A stretch of 64,000 nucleotides of DNA, taken from the IMG/VR virus record IMGVR_UViG_3300025736_000022; one strand, written 5' to 3'. Both the position numbers and the translations under genes were made by a program. Below, piece by piece: positions 57,916 to 64,000 of this stretch. The notes beneath the pieces are model-generated. The model saw only the letters and a program-made list of their open reading frames with translations. It was not told where the DNA came from and made no database searches. The first letter of the stretch is position 1. Each line of letters begins with the position of its first letter. The DNA is from an uncultured virus (IMG/VR IMGVR_UViG_3300025736_000022). Lineage: Duplodnaviria; Heunggongvirae; Uroviricota; Caudoviricetes.

Positions 57916-58972
57916 GCAGACTCCTTGCTAGGGCTGAGTATGCCCTATCGAACATGGCGTGTTTATCTAACCAATAGTTAGCATAAAACGGAATTTCCTC
58001 TTGTAGTCGGAACTTCTCCCGTTTCAGAAATTCAACGAGCGCCGCAGGTCGGCTTGGATTGTAGAAAGGTGGATTCCAATTTGCCTGGTTGAAATACCCA
58101 ACAGAGAATCCAGGTTGAACTTCAAGAAAATAAGGCTTGTCATTCTGATCAAGAATTACATCAACCCCCTGAAAGTTCAATCCCAACACACTAACAGATT
58201 TGATTAGCGTCTTTTCCCACTGATGACAGAAATCAGAGCACACCTTTTGATACTTGATAAAAGTCTCCTCCATAGAGGATTCAAACCGATTGGTGATAGC
58301 AATCCAACCCTCTGGCGGTCCCACTCTCGCATACCCAGTTACAACCCTGTCCGCAGCAACGATGATTCGGAAAGACATGATTACATTTTCAGGGCGCAAT
58401 GTAGATATGAACTTTACAGCAAGAAGACTTTGCTTTGCCCCGCGCTTTTTTACATTGATACGTGTCTCACGCAAATAAGCCTTTAGTTCCACCAATGCTT
58501 TATTTGCCTCTTCCTCGTCATGCACGAGATATGAATGGTAGCCTGTGTTTGAATTGTTTGCGCGCACCAACATGGGGAAGTCGAAACTTTTCTTTTGCTT
58601 CTCCCAAAAATCTTCTGCATCTTTGAATTCAAACCAGTCGGGAACTGGAATGTCGTTGTCCCCCCAAATCTTGAACGCATCTTCCTTAGCATGTGACGCC
58701 ATCCATCCCCGTGGATCGTTAATATGTTCAATGTGTGGAAAATAGTTGGCTATATCCACACAACGTCTCCACAAACTTTCATCTGTGTATTCTGTATTAA
58801 GCTTCCAAACTATCGTATCTGCTTTTGAATGTAGAATTTCATCCTCTGTGATGAAATTAGGCATGTCTTCCAACACTATAGGCCCTATGTAGGTTTCACA
58901 CATTTCCCTTTCATATGCGCGCCACCGAACCCCATGACCTTTTACAGCAACTACCGAATGTGTCTCACCCAT
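57905..58972 (-). CDS. ATP-grasp ligase (RimK-like)
   Basis: IN......H.K, IPVP, FPMLVR, FRI.V and GVDVI......YFLEVQ motifs. Confidence 0.78.
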   Translation of the reverse strand: MGETHSVVAVKGHGVRWRAYEREMCETYIGPIVLEDMPNFITEDEILHSKADTIVWKLNTEYTDESLWRRCVDIANYFPHIEHINDPRGWMASHAKEDAFKIWGDNDIPVPDWFEFKDAEDFWEKQKKSFDFPMLVRANNSNTGYHSYLVHDEEEANKALVELKAYLRETRINVKKRGAKQSLLAVKFISTLRPENVIMSFRIIVAADRVVTGYARVGPPEGWIAITNRFESSMEETFIKYQKVCSDFCHQWEKTLIKSVSVLGLNFQGVDVILDQNDKPYFLEVQPGFSVGYFNQANWNPPFYNPSRPAALVEFLKREKFRLQEEIPFYANYWLDKHAMFDRAYSALARSLHGV

Positions 58973-59954
58973 TTTCGTTCAGCCTTTCCATTTCTAACAG
59001 TTCTCGAATAAACAAAATAACAGCTTCAAAACTTTGATCGTCACCTGCATATAGAAATATCTGATAGCCTTTCATTGATCGATACAGGCTGAAATGTTGA
59101 GCCAGTGTATTTGTAAAATCGTTTACTACCAACGTGAACACCGGACCTTCTCCGATTATGTAATCAGCCGGAATCAAACTTACCAGCAAAGCGCGACGCT
59201 CATCCATCTTAATCCTGAATTTGATAACATCAAACTTATTTACCACATCAAGCAAATCCCAATACAGCGGAATGGATGGTGTGGCAGGTGTCTCCAGTTT
59301 CTCTCTGAACCTAAGATACCGGCGCAGACTTAAAACACTATCAGTCTCCGATTTGAAAAACTCATCTACTGGCAACCCCTTGCGTATACCTATAATGCTG
59401 ATGACAGGATAAGCCCCCAATTGCTTACTGCTAACAGTAGTAAATACGTCAACATCCTCAGGGACAGAGTAATACGGAAACGCACTTACCATATCAGCAA
59501 AAAGTATCACCCTTGACCAATTAACATCCCAGTGTGTTGGTGTTGGAAGTGATATGTTGACGTGTGAACAACTTGTTTCATACAGACAAAAAGCTTTGCA
59601 CAATGCAGGACCGTTTATTCTGTAAATCTTTTCGAGCCTATCCAGCCTGCCACCAAATTCATCTTCCACGTATAAACACGTTGTACATACATTCAAACTG
59701 GAAAGAACGATCTCGTTAGCCATCGTACCGCTGCCAGTAACGAAAATGAGATCGAAATCATCCAACCGGGGAAAAGTAGTTTTCATTTGTGCTTCTAACG
59801 ATTGAAGCAATCCATGAAACACATCGTCCCTGTGATGATGTACAGGTTTTGCAATCATCGATTTCGCATTCGGCCCGAACATGAGAGGGTCCTCCCGTAA
59901 ACGAATTTCTTCTCCAGATATTTGAGTACAGCAATACGATGCATCCCATCCCAT
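58965..59954 (-). CDS. PLP-dependent aminotransferase class V (PhnW/serine-pyruvate-like); start codon uncertain
   Basis: FGP, HHR...F, GSGT.ANE, ETS, DMVSAF, SSKQLG (PLP Lys) and TP.TP motifs. Confidence 0.82.
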   Translation of the reverse strand: MGWDASYCCTQISGEEIRLREDPLMFGPNAKSMIAKPVHHHRDDVFHGLLQSLEAQMKTTFPRLDDFDLIFVTGSGTMANEIVLSSLNVCTTCLYVEDEFGGRLDRLEKIYRINGPALCKAFCLYETSCSHVNISLPTPTHWDVNWSRVILFADMVSAFPYYSVPEDVDVFTTVSSKQLGAYPVISIIGIRKGLPVDEFFKSETDSVLSLRRYLRFREKLETPATPSIPLYWDLLDVVNKFDVIKFRIKMDERRALLVSLIPADYIIGEGPVFTLVVNDFTNTLAQHFSLYRSMKGYQIFLYAGDDQSFEAVILFIRELLEMERLNENG

Positions 59955-60997
59955 GGGTCTTCCCTGCCCAACTGTAACGCAATGGGAGTTTCCTGCCCAT
60001 GTTCCTTCGCAGTCTTGATTAAATTGATATAGGACAGAACACGCTCTCTTGCTATTTTAGGACCCCAAGCTGTAGATCCACGATGCGCATCTCGTTGCCA
60101 TCTAAAACATACTGAACGCTCTAAATTTGATTCGTCTGTACGATTGGATAGCACGTCCTCTATGAACGTAGGAAAAATACGCTGATAAAATATAGCATTA
60201 TATGGATTCAAAGCAAGTTGTTTCGTCCAACAATCCTGGATGGAAAGTCGTTTCAGTGAACGACTACGAAACAACAAAATAGTTAAGTCTTTCACCCTGT
60301 TTGCTTTTTTATGTTCCAACAACTTCCCAGGTGTAGAAAAATGATGTATGTAATCCCAATCAGACAAAGGCGTGATTAAACTCTGTAAATATGAAGACTT
60401 TGGATTTATTACACCCCCTGCATTTTCATCCAACAGCACAACCAAATACATACTCTTGAAAGACAACGTTCGCAAATACGCAACTAACGCATTTACTCGC
60501 ATATGATAGTGTACACAAGACAGCATCGTGATATCCACAATGGGAAACGTGCTCATATTAAGTGACTGTGCATCCGGATGAGATATGTTAGGTTCCAACG
60601 GACCAATGCCTTGGTTGTACACCTCCAAGGGCATCTCGTCATAGTAATCACGAGTTACAAGCAATTGATCGAAAGCCCCCAATCCAGCGTCCACACCAAT
60701 CAATCGATTAAACCCTTGCTTTTGCCAAGCTCGCAAAAGGAACAAACCCGCACTACAACCCACCTCGCACAAAGAACTTTCTTTGGGTTTTGTACCCAGC
60801 TTATCTATATGTTCCAACATTGGTTTTATGTAACACATCCATCGTCCTTCTCCGTACGATATGTAATTTGTTCGACCACCCCCAAAATGGGTGTTGGGAG
60901 ATGAGATGCTACCGTACGGGACGGACTGATACCAACGTCGCTTTTCCCCAGCTTGTTCGATACGTGTTCGCAATTTAGCCTTACTTATCATAATCAA
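59855..60997 (-). CDS. SAM methyltransferase with C-terminal ParB/Srx-like domain
   Basis: WYQ, CEVGCSAG.F, IGVD and CVHYH motifs, plus C-terminal G...PI....WDGMHRIAVL. Confidence 0.72.
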   Translation of the reverse strand: MIMISKAKLRTRIEQAGEKRRWYQSVPYGSISSPNTHFGGGRTNYISYGEGRWMCYIKPMLEHIDKLGTKPKESSLCEVGCSAGLFLLRAWQKQGFNRLIGVDAGLGAFDQLLVTRDYYDEMPLEVYNQGIGPLEPNISHPDAQSLNMSTFPIVDITMLSCVHYHMRVNALVAYLRTLSFKSMYLVVLLDENAGGVINPKSSYLQSLITPLSDWDYIHHFSTPGKLLEHKKANRVKDLTILLFRSRSLKRLSIQDCWTKQLALNPYNAIFYQRIFPTFIEDVLSNRTDESNLERSVCFRWQRDAHRGSTAWGPKIARERVLSYINLIKTAKEHGQETPIALQLGREDPWDGMHRIAVLKYLEKKFVYGRTLSCSGRMRNR

Positions 60998-61689
60998 TCC
61001 TTACACTTCTTGGTAATGACGGCTATAGGACAAGACTTCATGTCAAAGCTTGTAAGTCGTACACCAGTGACAGTATCCAATCCCTTTAGAAATACATCTA
61101 TGTCCTCATATCGAATCATTTGGGGGTGCTCTATGTTCCCTTGCGTTTTGTGTCTTTCAATTTCATCCTCATTGTCTCCACGACAATCAAACGCCAAAAA
61201 ACAAGACTTGCTCACACGCAAACATTCGGATATAGCATCGAAAATATTCCATCCATGATCTAAACAATTATAACTGAGAAGAACATCAATCGAATTATTA
61301 GGTAGTGGTATTTTTTCAGCCCCAGACTCTACATACGTTGCATCTTTCGGCCATTCACAAAAATCCAAATCGACTAATTCTCGTTGAATGTAATCGATGA
61401 ATACCTTCTTTTTAGCAGGCAAATTACAAATTTGAAGAATACCCCCGGCTGGACCTGCACCCACTTCCCCTACAACTTTTGTTTCATTTACATAAGATCG
61501 AATATTATACCGTTCCAAGAATCGCTCATAACAAACTTCCCTAATACACACCTTGTTGTCGTCCCAATTCGCTCCCCACCACTTTATATTTCTAGTTATA
61601 AATGTTTCCCTGGACTCCAAACCGCCTCTGTTATTTCCTACATCGTTTATGTTTGTAATCCAATGTAACTTTCGGCTATGGTCACACAT
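60994..61689 (-). CDS. Class I SAM methyltransferase (paralogue B)
   Basis: EVGAGP.G, FID and AEKIPLPNNSIDVLLSYNCLDH motifs. Confidence 0.85.
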   Translation of the reverse strand: MCDHSRKLHWITNINDVGNNRGGLESRETFITRNIKWWGANWDDNKVCIREVCYERFLERYNIRSYVNETKVVGEVGAGPAGGILQICNLPAKKKVFIDYIQRELVDLDFCEWPKDATYVESGAEKIPLPNNSIDVLLSYNCLDHGWNIFDAISECLRVSKSCFLAFDCRGDNEDEIERHKTQGNIEHPQMIRYEDIDVFLKGLDTVTGVRLTSFDMKSCPIAVITKKCKD

Positions 61690-62379
61690 TCAAATATCCT
61701 CTTTGATAACAACAGCAACAGGAAAAGACCTTATGCCAAGATCCGTAAGTTGTATATCATCGGCATCATTCCGCCCTTTTAGAAACGCATCTATGTCTGT
61801 ATATCGAATCATTTGAGGATGATCTATGTTCCCTTGCGTTTTACGCCTTTCAATTTCATCCGCATCGTCTCCACGACAATCAAACGCTAGAAAGCACAAC
61901 TTACTCACACGAAGACATTCGCGTAGAGTATCAAAAATATTCCAGCCATGATCCAAACTATTGAAGCTAAGAAGAACATCTATTGAATCATCTGATAACG
62001 GAATCTTTTCCGCTCCTGACTCTACATACGTCGCATCTTCAGGCCATTCACAATAGTTCAAATCAACTAAATCTCGCATGACATAATCTATAAACACTTT
62101 CTTTCTTGCGGGAATATCACAAACCTGAAGCATACCCCCAAACGGTCCAGGACCCACTTCACCTACAATCTTTGTTTCATCTACATAGGATCGAATATTA
62201 TAACAGCTTAGAAATGGATCGTACCAAGCCTTCCTGGCATTCGCCTCATGTTCTTTATTTCCTTTCCACCATGAAATGTTTCTTGCTCTAAATGTTTCCT
62301 TGGACTCTAAACCACCTCTGGTTTTTTCAGCATCATTTATACTTGTAATCCAATGCAAATTTCGACTATCGGTATGCAT
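61690..62379 (-). CDS. Class I SAM methyltransferase (paralogue A)
   Basis: EVGPGP.G and AEKIPLSDDSIDVLLSFNSLDH motifs. Tandem duplicate of paralogue B. Confidence 0.85.
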   Translation of the reverse strand: MHTDSRNLHWITSINDAEKTRGGLESKETFRARNISWWKGNKEHEANARKAWYDPFLSCYNIRSYVDETKIVGEVGPGPFGGMLQVCDIPARKKVFIDYVMRDLVDLNYCEWPEDATYVESGAEKIPLSDDSIDVLLSFNSLDHGWNIFDTLRECLRVSKLCFLAFDCRGDDADEIERRKTQGNIDHPQMIRYTDIDAFLKGRNDADDIQLTDLGIRSFPVAVVIKEDI

Positions 62380-63138
62380 TCAAATACCCTCTTTTGAAAA
62401 AACATCCCGGACTCCACGTTGGCCCCAATGCAACATCATGCATTCAATAGAAATATCTTTACCCTGCAACCGTTTCTTGTAATCTCTCATATACTTAGCA
62501 CTGCTCGCACCCACACACCATTGTTCAGGAAGATAAACGGGAGTAATACCAGTCTTCCATGAAGCTCTCCAAAAGGCAAGTGTGCCTCGCATACAGTTTT
62601 GTAGCTCTTCCAAATAGGCAGATAAAAGAATACGGGCTCTTTCGTCCAACCTATACACAAACAAGGGGCTGACGTTACACGCAGGGGCATGAGGAGGGCC
62701 ACAGTGTGCGTTGTAAGGGATAAAATCCTTTGGCCCGGCGTCTGTCCCCCTAGCATTGTATTTAACATACACACGGGGGTTCAGAGGTACACAAACACCG
62801 AAGCGCTCAGCCAGTAGAAATCCGTCGGTGAATTCAGAATGTACAATGCGCATATCGTCATTGAGAACACAATAAGAATCAGCATAGGGCTCTAATGCAA
62901 ATCGTGCGGATAACACATTACAATTGCGCACACCCCAACGTGGACTATCTAACCATTGAAGTTCATTGTGGGGAACTACCAGTTGTGTAATCTCATCCGA
63001 TAGGTTCCTCTGATGATCAGTCACAATGTATACAGGAATATCCGGGCAAACTTGTTTGAGATTTGATAATAGTGCCTGGACATTTTTTGCACGTCCCGGT
63101 CCCAAACTGACAATTAGAATAGCTCGTTTCACATCCAC
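62380..63138 (-). CDS. GT-A-like putative glycosyltransferase
   Basis: LL..LK...PDIPV.IVTD and a LNDD (DxD-like) motif, in the modification operon. Confidence 0.5.
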   Translation of the reverse strand: MDVKRAILIVSLGPGRAKNVQALLSNLKQVCPDIPVYIVTDHQRNLSDEITQLVVPHNELQWLDSPRWGVRNCNVLSARFALEPYADSYCVLNDDMRIVHSEFTDGFLLAERFGVCVPLNPRVYVKYNARGTDAGPKDFIPYNAHCGPPHAPACNVSPLFVYRLDERARILLSAYLEELQNCMRGTLAFWRASWKTGITPVYLPEQWCVGASSAKYMRDYKKRLQGKDISIECMMLHWGQRGVRDVFSKEGI

Positions 63139-63935
63139 GTTGTCGCCCCTTTATCATGCCGAATCATCACATTCGGAAATACATCCTCTTCATAAATCAT
63201 CGTCTTCAACTTAGACTTCAAATGAATAACTGCCGCCGTATCCACATCTCCAATAACATCACGTACAAATTCAAAAGCTTGCGCCCCTATTCTATCTGTA
63301 GGAGGACAATAGTTGTACCGTGGACCTGCGTCAACAATCGACAACCCATGTGACTTTTTCAAAGCTTCTCTTTCCATCCAAGTTGAAATCAAAAAATCCT
63401 GGCCAACGCTCCAGTCCAATCCGAAGTGATGATGTTTGTATTTCGTTCTGGCCTCTATATATGGCTCCCATGTATTTTCAAATATCTCATCCACATGCCA
63501 AGCAATCCACCCCCTAACACGTGGGTTCACCCGTAGGAAAAAGATACCACCATTGATTGGAAATAAATGCTCATATCCCCGTGTTGTCACCCCTATGTCC
63601 ATATTCCTGTTATCGTTGAATGGCTTGAAAGGATCTGCTTGGAAATACACGTCTACGTCAGACACAAGAACTTTGTCATGGTCCGCAAAATACTTCTGGA
63701 AACAATGGAGTAACATTTCGATCTTACACGTTGCACGTCGGCCACTCATTTGTTTTGGATCAACCACCTGCCACCAAACATTGTAATTGTCAGATAGAAA
63801 CGATTTCACAATGTCTGGAACTCCATCAGTAACAATAATAATCTGGACGTCAGGTGCAACCGCGTGTAAACTGTGAATGCACGTCTCCAGCATATTATTG
63901 TCTTTTTGATGGTAGGTAAAATAAGCAAACTTCAT
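63129..63935 (-). CDS. Nucleotide-diphospho-sugar transferase (GT-A fold)
   Basis: K......DKVLVSDVDV (DxD), INGGIFF, DQ-like GQDFL, YN and VIHLK motifs. Confidence 0.78.
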   Translation of the reverse strand: MKFAYFTYHQKDNNMLETCIHSLHAVAPDVQIIIVTDGVPDIVKSFLSDNYNVWWQVVDPKQMSGRRATCKIEMLLHCFQKYFADHDKVLVSDVDVYFQADPFKPFNDNRNMDIGVTTRGYEHLFPINGGIFFLRVNPRVRGWIAWHVDEIFENTWEPYIEARTKYKHHHFGLDWSVGQDFLISTWMEREALKKSHGLSIVDAGPRYNYCPPTDRIGAQAFEFVRDVIGDVDTAAVIHLKSKLKTMIYEEDVFPNVMIRHDKGATTWM

Positions 63936-64000
63936 TATCCTCTCCCTGCCTTGGTTCCTTAGGCATTTACAACACGACGAAATCGACGCGACGCTTGATT

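Noticed and set aside
1..64000. Stop-codon reassignment
   Set aside because: Core genes are full-length under the standard code, and TAA, TAG and TGA all act as stops.
1..64000. tRNA/tmRNA genes, integrase, att sites
   Set aside because: None were recognisable by eye. tRNAscan/ARAGORN was not run, so absence is not proven.

Overview
The window is most of a tailed dsDNA phage genome with a siphovirus-like, non-contractile tail module. No host genes, integrase, tRNA, CRISPR array or reverse transcriptase were seen. Positions 1-29.8 kb (- strand) carry terminase, portal and Mu F-like genes, then ~11.7 kb of accessory genes, then the protease/scaffold, decoration protein, HK97-fold capsid, neck, tail tube, a frameshifted tail chaperone (G GGA AAC) and a partial tape measure. 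Positions 30-56.6 kb (+ strand) carry regulation and replication: two sigma-like proteins, SNF2 helicase, primase, DnaB-like helicase, beta clamp and loader, a split UDG-exo/PolA polymerase, SSB, UvsY-like and RecA-like proteins, a 5'-3' exonuclease, a resolvase, a split Rad50 with Mre11, and ThyX with an HNH-containing intein. Positions 56.7-64 kb (- strand) hold a tightly coupled 9-gene modification operon: glycosyltransferase-like genes, three methyltransferases, a PLP aminotransferase, an ATP-grasp ligase, a HAD hydrolase and a PIG-L deacetylase. The most interesting points are that operon; a LamG + repeat-fibre + tail-terminator fusion with a stand-alone paralogue; a Tat-signal protein carrying a gpL-type 4-Cys motif; a three-hairpin candidate ncRNA; accessory genes flanked by duplicated gene junctions; a dispersed ~55-90 bp element in four copies; and a recurrent CGATAATATA motif. 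All functional calls come from reading motifs by eye; no database searches were run.
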